Below are positions 27,473 through 35,218 of a stretch of DNA of 60,753 nt, in pieces. Numbering within the stretch: the first letter of the stretch is position 1; each line of letters begins with the position of its first letter. The notes under the pieces are model-generated. The model had not been told where the DNA came from. It saw only the letters and a program-made list of their open reading frames with translations, and did not search any database. A program made the position numbers and the translations under genes. Source of the DNA: Candidatus Hydrogenedentota bacterium (GTDB lineage: Bacteria > Hydrogenedentota > Hydrogenedentia > Hydrogenedentales > CAITNO01); contig CAIJOU010000830.1 in the NCBI GenBank assembly GCA_903822375.1, forward strand, positions 1 through 60,753. Reading direction: 5' to 3'.

Positions 27473-29065
27473 TCAGGGGCGCCGCGCGTCGTAGTGGTAC
27501 ACGCGCGTGTAGGGCTGAATGGCATCGCCAAAGCGGGCGGTGCGCCACTCGCGCAGCCGGCCGGATATGCGCAACCCCTGGGCCACGGCTTCGCCGACAA
27601 GGCCAAGGCGGCCGAACTCTGCCTCAATGCGCCCGCGGACGTCCCGCGCCTGTTCGCGCATGAAGGGTGTGGGCGCGAGCATCTCGGTGGCCCGGAGCAG
27701 TATGCGCGCCTTGAGCAGGGTGCCGCGCATGGCCGCGGCACGCCGTTGCAGCACGGGATTCTCCGAGTTCTTCATGTTCACATAGGCGCCGATGTCCGTG
27801 TCGAACCAGCGCGTCAGGCTCGGTCCCAATTCATGGTAATCGCGCAGGTAGGCCTGTTCCTGCACACGCTCCGCCTCTTCCAGCGTAAAGTGGGGATGGG
27901 TGTGCCAGGGCTGTTTGAATGCGTGCATTTCCTCAAAGGCGATCCCCCCGAGCAAACGCCCCTCTGATTTGAGACGGTCGTTCAGCGGCGTGCCGGAAAC
28001 CGGCGAGAGAAAGGAAAACTGGCTGAAGTCCGGCCGGCAGGCGATATGCGCCGAAATGTCGTCGTTGATGTTGTCCTTGGTGTGCTCATCGAGCAGCAGG
28101 ATGGTGGAAAGGATCACTTTGATGCCGTGCGCCTGCAGGCACCGCACCAGGTCGGGCATGTCGACGCCGCGGTTTTTCGCATAGGGGGTGATGCTGCTTT
28201 CGCGCCCGATCCAGATCTGGCTGGCGCCCATCTCCGCCAGCGCCTCCACGCCGAAACGCTCGACGCAGTCCGCCGTGCCGAAAAGAAAGATTCTGAAATT
28301 CTGGCCGCCCTCCACAATGGCGTCCCGGAGTTCGCGGGCGCGCTGCAGGTTCGCCAGAAAATTGTCGTCGCCGATGAAACTCACCACGTCCGTCCAATAG
28401 CGCTTGGACAGGCGAACCATTTCCTCGTAGAGTTCACGGCCGGTTTTGAAATACGCGATGTGCTTCTTCCCAAAGAAATGGCTGGGATTGCAGAAATCGC
28501 ATCCGTAGGGACAGCCCAGCCCCACCGGGATGTGCGGGGCCTTGATGCCCATCAGGGGCACGCCAAGGATTTCGCGCACCTCGTGAAACATGGGCGGATT
28601 GCGAAAGGTAAACTCGACGGGCTGGCCGAGCAACTCGCGCATGAATGAAATGCCCTCTCCATGGCAGACGTAATCCACATCCAGGCGTTCGCGGATGTTG
28701 TCGATGGTCGCGCAAAACCCGCCCAGAATAATCTTGCTTTGGGGCGAGAGGCGGCGGACTTCATGGACCATGCGCCGGACTTTCTCGAAATTGGGCGCGA
28801 TCGAACCGATGCCCACGTAGTCATAACCCTTCTTGACCTCGCGACGGAAACGCTCGATGGAGGGGAATTCGAGCACGGTCACCGGGTTGTCGAGATTGTT
28901 GGCGATGGTGTGCAGACCGTAGGTGAGAAAGTGCGTCCGGATGCTGAACACGCCCTGATACTTGGTGAGTTGGTTGTGAAACAACTCGATTCTTGAGTCT
29001 TGCCGACTGTAAAGATTGTCCACGCCAAAGGGCTTAAACACGGAACTCAAAAGCACTTTTTTCAT
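27473..29065 (-). CDS. Cobalamin-binding-domain radical SAM protein (class B)
   Basis: N-terminal B12-binding-like domain (..YDYVGIGSIAPNFEKV..KIILGG) and the radical SAM cluster motif GCPYGCDFC. Start trimmed to MKKVLL. Confidence 0.8.
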   Translation of the reverse strand: MKKVLLSSVFKPFGVDNLYSRQDSRIELFHNQLTKYQGVFSIRTHFLTYGLHTIANNLDNPVTVLEFPSIERFRREVKKGYDYVGIGSIAPNFEKVRRMVHEVRRLSPQSKIILGGFCATIDNIRERLDVDYVCHGEGISFMRELLGQPVEFTFRNPPMFHEVREILGVPLMGIKAPHIPVGLGCPYGCDFCNPSHFFGKKHIAYFKTGRELYEEMVRLSKRYWTDVVSFIGDDNFLANLQRARELRDAIVEGGQNFRIFLFGTADCVERFGVEALAEMGASQIWIGRESSITPYAKNRGVDMPDLVRCLQAHGIKVILSTILLLDEHTKDNINDDISAHIACRPDFSQFSFLSPVSGTPLNDRLKSEGRLLGGIAFEEMHAFKQPWHTHPHFTLEEAERVQEQAYLRDYHELGPSLTRWFDTDIGAYVNMKNSENPVLQRRAAAMRGTLLKARILLRATEMLAPTPFMREQARDVRGRIEAEFGRLGLVGEAVAQGLRISGRLREWRTARFGDAIQPYTRVYHYDARRP

Positions 29066-29284
29066 GCGGGCGAGTATAACAACGGCCAAAAAAGCTTGTC
29101 AACAGCCCCAAAGACGCCACAGGAAAGAAAGGAACCCTTTCCACAGACCGCTGCCCGGAAATTCCCCTCGATGTTTCCGCTCTCGTGTCTTGGCGATCCC
29201 CTTTTTTGCATGGAGATCGCCGTCTTGTGTTCTGCCTTGTCTGTCTTCTTCTGGATTCTGACTCCTGGATTCTGGATTCTCCAC

Positions 29285-30061
29285 TCATTCCCCTGCGGGA
29301 GTCTTCGGCGCGTTGGTGCGGTGGAGGTTCCAGATCTTGGCGTACTTCAGGAAAACGCTGAAGGCGGAGAGTCCGCAAAGCACAGCCCCGTGGTAGCCGT
29401 CCAGAAAACCGAGCCGCCAGACGTACATCTTGAGGAACTTCTGCACGGGGCGCAGGGTGAGGTCGATGAGACGGGTCCGCTTGCCGCGGTCATAGGCGTC
29501 CTGCGCGCCCCAGGTGGTGAAGCGCATCGACGTGTTGAAGTACTCGTCGAAGTTGCGGTAGGTGTCGTGGTACATGACGTCGTTGATCTTTCCGACGCCG
29601 CCCTCAACGACAACCTTGGAATGCACGCGCCGGTTGAGATAACGGCCCTTGGCCGTGCGGAACAGGCGCAAATTGTAGTCGTGATGCCAGCCGCAGTGCT
29701 TGATCAGTTTGCCGAAGAAGTAGGAATGGCGCAGAATGTCGTACCCGTCGAGGCTGGCCGGGTCCTTGATGATGAGCCTGATGCGCTCGGCGAGCGCATC
29801 GGACAGAAACTCGTCCGCGTCGAGAACCAGGGTCCATTCGGTGGTGATTTGGGGCAGCGCCCAGTTGCGCTGCGCGGCGGCGTTGACGTACTCATGCACG
29901 ACCACATGGCTGCTGAAGCCGCGCGCGGCCTCGTCGGACCCGTCGTTGCACCTGGGATCGACAACGCAAAATATATCGTCGGCCCAGCGCACGCTTTCGA
30001 GGCAGCGCTCGATGCGGTCGCGGGCGTTGGGCACGAGTATCAGCACGGTCAGGTCGTTCAA
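29285..30061 (-). CDS. Family 2 glycosyltransferase (LPS-core WaaE/KdtX-like)
   Basis: LTVLILVPNARDRIERCLESV...VVDPRCNDGS...LVLDADEF (DxD). Confidence 0.8.
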   Translation of the reverse strand: MNDLTVLILVPNARDRIERCLESVRWADDIFCVVDPRCNDGSDEAARGFSSHVVVHEYVNAAAQRNWALPQITTEWTLVLDADEFLSDALAERIRLIIKDPASLDGYDILRHSYFFGKLIKHCGWHHDYNLRLFRTAKGRYLNRRVHSKVVVEGGVGKINDVMYHDTYRNFDEYFNTSMRFTTWGAQDAYDRGKRTRLIDLTLRPVQKFLKMYVWRLGFLDGYHGAVLCGLSAFSVFLKYAKIWNLHRTNAPKTPAGE

Positions 30062-30085
30062 CGGGCGGTCGCTCCATCGGTCGGG

Positions 30086-31198
30086 TTACTTCGGACCATC
30101 CTTCAACAATTGTGCATACACTTCGAGGGTGCGTTCCACCATGCGCGGCGCGGTGAATTCCGCCTCCACCAGACGCCGTCCCTCGGCGGCCATGCGCAGC
30201 GCCTCGTCCCGGTGCCGGAGGCATTCCACAAGCGCCTTGCCCAGCGCGGCGGAATCGCGCACGGGCACAAGCCAGCCGGTGCGGCCGGGAATGACCATTT
30301 CGTCGGCTCCGCCGGCACGGGTGGCCACCACGGGCGTTCCGGCGGCCAGCGCCTCCAATATGGAGGTGCCCAGTCCTTCGGACCAGCTTGACGAGACGTA
30401 GACCGTGCCGGCGCGAATCACGCGCGGCGCGTCTTTGCGCTGGCCCAGAAAACGGACATGGTCCGCAATGCCAAGCCTTGCCGCCTTCGATTCCAGGTCG
30501 GCGCGCAGGGGGCCTTCACCGGCGATAACGAGCCACAGGTCCGGGAAAGACTGGCGCGCATGCGCCACGGCCTCAAGCAGGTTGGCATGGTCCTTGTGGC
30601 CGACGAGCGAACCCGCGGAGACGACAAGGGGAACATGCTCGGGAACGCCCATCTCGGGGCGGGACAGGGGATCAACGTCAACGCGGGCAAGGTCAACGGC
30701 ACTGTGGACTACGGTGAGCCGATTCTCCACGGTGCCAAATTCGCGCATGACCTCGGCGACCTTGTAGGACACGCAGACGATGCGGTCCGGCCGGCCGTAT
30801 TTCCAACGGTTGAGCCTGTGCCCTTTTGGCGGAAAGCTAACCCGGCGCGCGGCGATAACCTTGGGGCCGGTCTTGCCGGAAAGCCGCACGGCGAGCACGG
30901 CAATGCCGTGGGCATGGCTGCTGTGGGCATGGATGATGTCGATATGCTCGCGCGCGCAAATCCGGGCCAGGCGCCAGGCACTGTACAGGTCAAATTCTCC
31001 GTGAAGGGGCAGGGCTTGGCGAGTCAGCCGGGCGCCGCCGTGCTTGCTGGTCAAAAAGGGCGAACCCTTCTTCCCCACCACCCACACCTCGTGCCCGCGG
31101 CTGGCCAGGCCCTGGACAAGCCAACTGGCCTGCTGTTCGCCGCCGCGCCAGCCGGTCTGTTCGTCAAGGTGGAGGATCTTCACGGTTTGCGTTCCCAT
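30086..31198 (-). CDS. Family 4 (GT-B) glycosyltransferase
   Basis: KILHLDEQTGWRGGEQQ N-terminus and C-terminal SSWSEGLGTSILEALAAGTPVVAT (EX7E-type). Confidence 0.85.
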   Translation of the reverse strand: MGTQTVKILHLDEQTGWRGGEQQASWLVQGLASRGHEVWVVGKKGSPFLTSKHGGARLTRQALPLHGEFDLYSAWRLARICAREHIDIIHAHSSHAHGIAVLAVRLSGKTGPKVIAARRVSFPPKGHRLNRWKYGRPDRIVCVSYKVAEVMREFGTVENRLTVVHSAVDLARVDVDPLSRPEMGVPEHVPLVVSAGSLVGHKDHANLLEAVAHARQSFPDLWLVIAGEGPLRADLESKAARLGIADHVRFLGQRKDAPRVIRAGTVYVSSSWSEGLGTSILEALAAGTPVVATRAGGADEMVIPGRTGWLVPVRDSAALGKALVECLRHRDEALRMAAEGRRLVEAEFTAPRMVERTLEVYAQLLKDGPK

Positions 31199-31348
31199 GT
31201 GGGACAGCCGCCCTCGGCTGTCAGCCTAAACAAGTATCTCGAACGTCAGGCGGGGCGCCTGACCTACAAAGCCCCTGTGGGACAGCCGCCCTCGGCTGTC
31301 CGGGCTAATCCAATGTTAAAGCATGTCAGGCGGGGCGCCTGACCTACA
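31198..31348. repeat. Twice-repeated pair of GC-rich hairpins (REP-like) between two glycosyltransferase genes
   Basis: TGTGGGACAGCCGCCCTCGGCTGTC occurs at 31198-31222 and 31276-31300 (stem GACAGCCG/CGGCTGTC). GTCAGGCGGGGCGCCTGACCTACA occurs at 31245-31268 and 31325-31348 (stem GTCAGGCG/CGCCTGAC). Confidence 0.7.
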
Positions 31349-32504
31349 TCTTCTTGCCGCGCCGTTGTCGGTGAACCTCGATGGCGCGCCGGTAGGCATG
31401 CTCGGTGCGCCGGGCAAACACCTCCAGGGTAAAGTCGGCAAGCACGCGCTGGCGCCCCATGCGCCCCATGCGCGCGCGCAGGTCGGGGGCAATGACCATG
31501 CGCCGCAGCGCCGCGGCAAGCGGCTCCACCGTGCCCGCATGCACCACAAAGCCCTCGACGCCGTCCGAGACGATTTCCTTGAGTCCGCCATAGTCGGAGG
31601 CGATAACGGGGATTTCCAGCGCCATCATCTCTTTGAGACTGAAGGAGGATGTGTCACAGTCGATGGACGGCTGCACGCCGATGTCCACGGCGTGAAGGCA
31701 CTCTTCCATGTCCTGTCGGAATCCGGCAAAATGAATCCGCTCGGCGATGTGCAGGTCGGCGGCCAGTTTCTTCAGGTCTTCCTCAAGCGCCCCCTGCCCC
31801 AGGCAAAGAATCTTGAGCGCGGGATAGTTCTTCGTCAACTGGGCCACGGCGCGAAACAGGAACTGGTGCCCCTTGGCGGGCACCATGCGCGCGACGATGC
31901 CGCATACCAGGTCGTCGTCCGTGTAGCCGAACGCTGCGCGCGCCGCGGCGCGCCGCTCGGGGTCGGGACGGTATCTTTCGGCGTCCACGCCGTTGTGTAT
32001 GGAGCAAAGCCGGGCGTGGTCGAAGGCGCGCTGCAGGGAAAGGGTTCGTCGCACCACATCACAGACAACTATCTGGAAGTCCGTCCACTGACGGTTGAGC
32101 AGACGGTTGGGCAGGTGGTCCTTGACCGTGTAGGTGTTGTGGCGGGTGCGCACCAGGCAAACCGGGAACCCAAGACCGCGGTTGGCCAGGGCCAGGGACC
32201 AGTGGTCCTGGGATCCGTTGACATGCAGGATGTCGGGTTTTTCGCGGCGAATATAACTCTTGCCGCGGCGCAAGTCTTCGGCCCACGCCAACGGCCGGAG
32301 TCCCCCGCGGAAATTGAACCGGTCAATCACCTCGCAGCCGGCCTCGCGCGCCGCATCAACAAGCACGCTGCCGGAGCGGCAACCCACCGTGACCCGGTGA
32401 CCGAAACGGACCAGTTCGCGGGCGAGACTGACCACATAGCGCACCTGTCCTCCGCCCTGCAGGTGAAAGTCGGCGATGAGAATGTTCAGTCGCGAATCGT
32501 CCAT
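31344..32504 (-). CDS. Family 4 (GT-B) glycosyltransferase
   Basis: MDDSRLNILIADFHLQGGGQVRYV.. and the C-terminal E-x7-E region (SSFSLKEMMALEIPVIAS). Start trimmed from 32777. Confidence 0.85.
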   Translation of the reverse strand: MDDSRLNILIADFHLQGGGQVRYVVSLARELVRFGHRVTVGCRSGSVLVDAAREAGCEVIDRFNFRGGLRPLAWAEDLRRGKSYIRREKPDILHVNGSQDHWSLALANRGLGFPVCLVRTRHNTYTVKDHLPNRLLNRQWTDFQIVVCDVVRRTLSLQRAFDHARLCSIHNGVDAERYRPDPERRAAARAAFGYTDDDLVCGIVARMVPAKGHQFLFRAVAQLTKNYPALKILCLGQGALEEDLKKLAADLHIAERIHFAGFRQDMEECLHAVDIGVQPSIDCDTSSFSLKEMMALEIPVIASDYGGLKEIVSDGVEGFVVHAGTVEPLAAALRRMVIAPDLRARMGRMGRQRVLADFTLEVFARRTEHAYRRAIEVHRQRRGKKM

Positions 32505-32553
32505 GAACTGCTGGCTTTCCACCGGTTGCGCACGATCCCAAATCAGGGGGTGA

Positions 32554-32769
32554 CTATGCGGTCTGCTCCACGGCGTCCGGCACGGCCGCGGCGGCCTCAT
32601 CGGCCGTGTCAGCCGCCGGGGACTCGCCCATAATGGCCGTTTCGGACTCAAGCAGCGCCTGGATGCGCAGATTGGCGTTCTCGAGTTCGTCCACCGCCGC
32701 CGCGAGTTCGTCCTCGACAGATGCAAATTCCTCTGAACGAATGATGGATATCTTGTCTTTGCGGGACAT
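32554..32769 (-). CDS. Small acidic coiled-coil protein (hypothetical)
   Basis: 71 aa (MSRKDKISIIRSEEFASVEDELAAAVDELENANLRIQALLESE..) with host-like codon bias. The competing frame, the 5' extension of the GT4 ORF, is Arg/Pro-rich nonsense. Confidence 0.5.
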   Translation of the reverse strand: MSRKDKISIIRSEEFASVEDELAAAVDELENANLRIQALLESETAIMGESPAADTADEAAAAVPDAVEQTA

Positions 32770-32934
32770 GGGGGCAACCTCGGACTAATGATTATGGGTT
32801 ATTCCAGCGACGGCAAATGATAGCATGCGGAAGGGGGATCGGCAAAGCCGGAGCTTTTCCGGAAAGAAAGGACGGAAAGGACAAAGGGTGGAAAAGGACG
32901 CCCTGTGCCGTGCCGGAAAGAAGCGTTTGAATGT

Positions 32935-33906
32935 TCAGCCGCCCCCGCTCAATTTCCTTGCGGCATCCAGCGCGAAGCTCAGAATGCTTTGCGCCTGTTT
33001 CGGACTCGTCTTGTAGCCCGTGCCCGCCGTCTCCTGGCGAAATACCATGACCTCCGCCTCGGCGTTCACTTCGGACTCGATGACGATCTTGGTTCCGTCC
33101 ACTTTGACGGCCGGCCCGGGGTTTACGTTCACCCGGGCCAGCTTGTCGGCCAGGCCGAACCCGGGCTTCGCCACAAGCACGCAGTAGGCGTAGGGATAGT
33201 CGCTGCCCTGCACGCTGTTGATGGCAATCTGAATCTGGAGCCCGTGGAACCCCTCGGGCGCCTTGGGAAACCGGACCATGGCCTTGACGTCCCGCGGCAC
33301 CTTCCCCCCCGTCTCGACGGGAGCGGTCTGCATCTGAAACTGAAACTGCTCGTCGGACTGCGCCTGAGCGTTATAAGACGCGTGCAATTGCAGTATCAGG
33401 TTGGTCTTGATGACGAGTGCATTGTTCTTGAGAACGGAGCGCAGGCCGGTCACCCAAAAGGGCAGCAGCGCCGCGGCGGAATCAAACGCGATTATCTGTC
33501 CAAGGCTCGTGCCCAGCCCGCCCATGCGATAAGACAACCAGCCCAATCCGGCGGCCAGTGCGGCAAGGGTGACAAAACCCAGACCGTTCGAAATGTCCAC
33601 GGCGTCGACATCCCATCGGCTCTGTTTGCTGTCAATATCGAGAATGCGCTGCACGTCCTCCGGGCGCACGGAACTCCATTCCGTGCTTCCGGCCACCGGC
33701 CGGGCAACGTTCTGATAGCCGCGCGTGGTCAGCAGCAGCACGCCGGCGAAAATGGCCACGACGCCCGCCCAGAGCACGCCGTAGGCCTGGACCATCACGC
33801 CCGAGAGAAGCAGCGACCCGGAGAGCAGTATGCGCACCGGGTAGGGCAGGTTGCGCAGGACATGAAAAACGATCTCCTGCTTTCGGTCAGCCGCAGACAT
33901 CAGCAT
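32935..33906 (-). CDS. Polytopic membrane protein of unknown function, third gene of the Cys/His-tail operon
   Basis: About 4 TM segments followed by a ~170-aa soluble C-terminal domain. GAGGAGG RBS 6 nt upstream of the ATG at 33906. 20-nt overlap with the radical SAM gene's end. Confidence 0.7.
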   Translation of the reverse strand: MLMSAADRKQEIVFHVLRNLPYPVRILLSGSLLLSGVMVQAYGVLWAGVVAIFAGVLLLTTRGYQNVARPVAGSTEWSSVRPEDVQRILDIDSKQSRWDVDAVDISNGLGFVTLAALAAGLGWLSYRMGGLGTSLGQIIAFDSAAALLPFWVTGLRSVLKNNALVIKTNLILQLHASYNAQAQSDEQFQFQMQTAPVETGGKVPRDVKAMVRFPKAPEGFHGLQIQIAINSVQGSDYPYAYCVLVAKPGFGLADKLARVNVNPGPAVKVDGTKIVIESEVNAEAEVMVFRQETAGTGYKTSPKQAQSILSFALDAARKLSGGG

Positions 33907-35218
33907 GACAGGCCTCCTCAAGTTCGGCGCAGCCGAAATGCCGCCAGTACAGGGGGCAGGCCCCCTGGCACAGCGCAAAGTCTTCACAGGTTTGGCATGA
34001 TTCCGGGGCAAAACGCTTTTCGCGCAGCCACTTGCCCTGAACGGAATTCCAGACGCTTCGAAAATCGTCGCGCAACAGGTTGCCGACCGGTTCGGGCCAG
34101 CTGGAGCAGGGCAGCACGTCACCGGACGGCGATACCGACAGCAGCCCGTCGCAGGCCGCACAGCCCTTGTTGCCCAGCCGGTGCAGTATCGGATTGAACA
34201 GGCAGACGGGCGTGGGCGAGTACCACATGAATTTGACACCCGCCGCCTCGGCGGCCTGCTGGACCTTCAGCACGTGGTCGCCGATTTCGGTGTATGTCAC
34301 ATTAATGTCGTCGCTGGTGGCGGCGGCCGCCGTGGGAATCACGAGGTTCATCGACAACCGGGTGAGGCCGAGTCCCTGGATGAACGCGGGCATGGCTGCG
34401 GCGGAGTCGAGATTCATGCGGTTCAGCGTGGTGTTTGTGTGCACGCGGATGCCGCGGTCCTTGAGCAACCCGACCGCGCGCACGGCCCGCTCATGGGCGC
34501 CTTCGCACCGCACGAGCGCATCGTGCACCGCCGCCAGCGGCGCCTCGACGCTCACCTGGGCGCTGTGCAGACCGGCCTCCGCAAGCGCATCGGCCAGCGG
34601 TTCGTCAATCTTCGTGCCGTTGGTGATCAGATTCACCCGCATGCCCAGATCATGCCGCGCGTGGCGCACCCATGCGGACAGTTCGGGCCGCAGCGTGGGT
34701 TCGCCGCCGGTGAAGCTGACGCTGGGCACCTGGGCATCCTCGCGGATGATGCGCAGAATGCGCCGAATCTCCCCGTCGCTCATGTCCCCGGCAGTGCCCT
34801 TCTTGCAGGAACAGCCGGCGTAACAGAAGCGGCAGGCCAGGTTGCACCGGTAGGTGACCGCCACCTCGCTGAGCACGGGCAGGCTGTTGAAGCCGAGGCC
34901 GAAAGGGCGCACGGTGACGGCGCGCGGAAGGTCCCGCTCGTTCACGCAGCCCTGCAGCAGGCGCTTGAGCGCGACGAAAAAGTCGTAAATGTCGCGGCGC
35001 ACCGCCGGGGTGCCGCCGTGGCGCTTCCAGTAATCGGCCACGCTTGCGCCGTCGAGCAGCGCCTTGAGCATGCGCGCGCCGGACGGGTTCAGCTTGTGCG
35101 CCTCGTTGGGCACCTTGATCAGCAGGCAGTCCTCCTCGCGCACGAAAATGAATTCGCGCAGCCGCGCCGCGTAGGCGTCGATCCAGTCGAGCGGACAGCT
35201 TTCACAATCGTCGCCCAT
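33887..35218 (-). CDS. Radical SAM/SPASM enzyme with an N-terminal PqqD-like RRE domain
   Basis: RRE-like segment LLIKVPNEAHKLNPSGARMLKALLDGASVADYW.. (nt ~34948-35146). Radical SAM motif YRCNLACRFC with SFTGGEPTLRPEL. SPASM Cys clusters (GCAACDG..SPSGDVLPCSS..CQTCEDFALCQGACP). Its ATG overlaps the upstream stop (TGATG at 35216-35220). Confidence 0.85.
   Translation of the reverse strand: MGDDCESCPLDWIDAYAARLREFIFVREEDCLLIKVPNEAHKLNPSGARMLKALLDGASVADYWKRHGGTPAVRRDIYDFFVALKRLLQGCVNERDLPRAVTVRPFGLGFNSLPVLSEVAVTYRCNLACRFCYAGCSCKKGTAGDMSDGEIRRILRIIREDAQVPSVSFTGGEPTLRPELSAWVRHARHDLGMRVNLITNGTKIDEPLADALAEAGLHSAQVSVEAPLAAVHDALVRCEGAHERAVRAVGLLKDRGIRVHTNTTLNRMNLDSAAAMPAFIQGLGLTRLSMNLVIPTAAAATSDDINVTYTEIGDHVLKVQQAAEAAGVKFMWYSPTPVCLFNPILHRLGNKGCAACDGLLSVSPSGDVLPCSSWPEPVGNLLRDDFRSVWNSVQGKWLREKRFAPESCQTCEDFALCQGACPLYWRHFGCAELEEACHADVCG

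Noticed and set aside
23770-27741. Many 80-300-aa ORFs on both strands inside the PASTA gene
   Set aside because: They are out-of-frame or antisense readings of the 17-fold repeat, so they repeat themselves. Only the plus-strand frame starting at 23839 gives a lipobox and PASTA units.
29099-29284. 61-aa ORF (GTG start) between the GT2 gene and the B12-radical SAM gene, considered as a possible RiPP precursor
   Set aside because: Third-codon positions are A/T-rich (aat, cca, gaa, aga, caa ...), unlike every confident gene here. It has a GTG start and no family resemblance. It more likely reflects a lower-GC intergenic/promoter region containing TGGATTCT direct repeats. It is worth a quick look only if peptide MS data exist.
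33887-35218. Radical SAM/SPASM gene as an anaerobic sulfatase-maturating enzyme (sulfatases and FGE genes are in the window)
   Set aside because: It carries a ~130-aa N-terminal extension with a PqqD-like RRE that anSMEs lack. It is translationally coupled to the Cys/His-tail protein rather than to a sulfatase. The tail lacks the C-x-(A/P)-x-R sulfatase motif. The possibility is not fully excluded without phylogeny.
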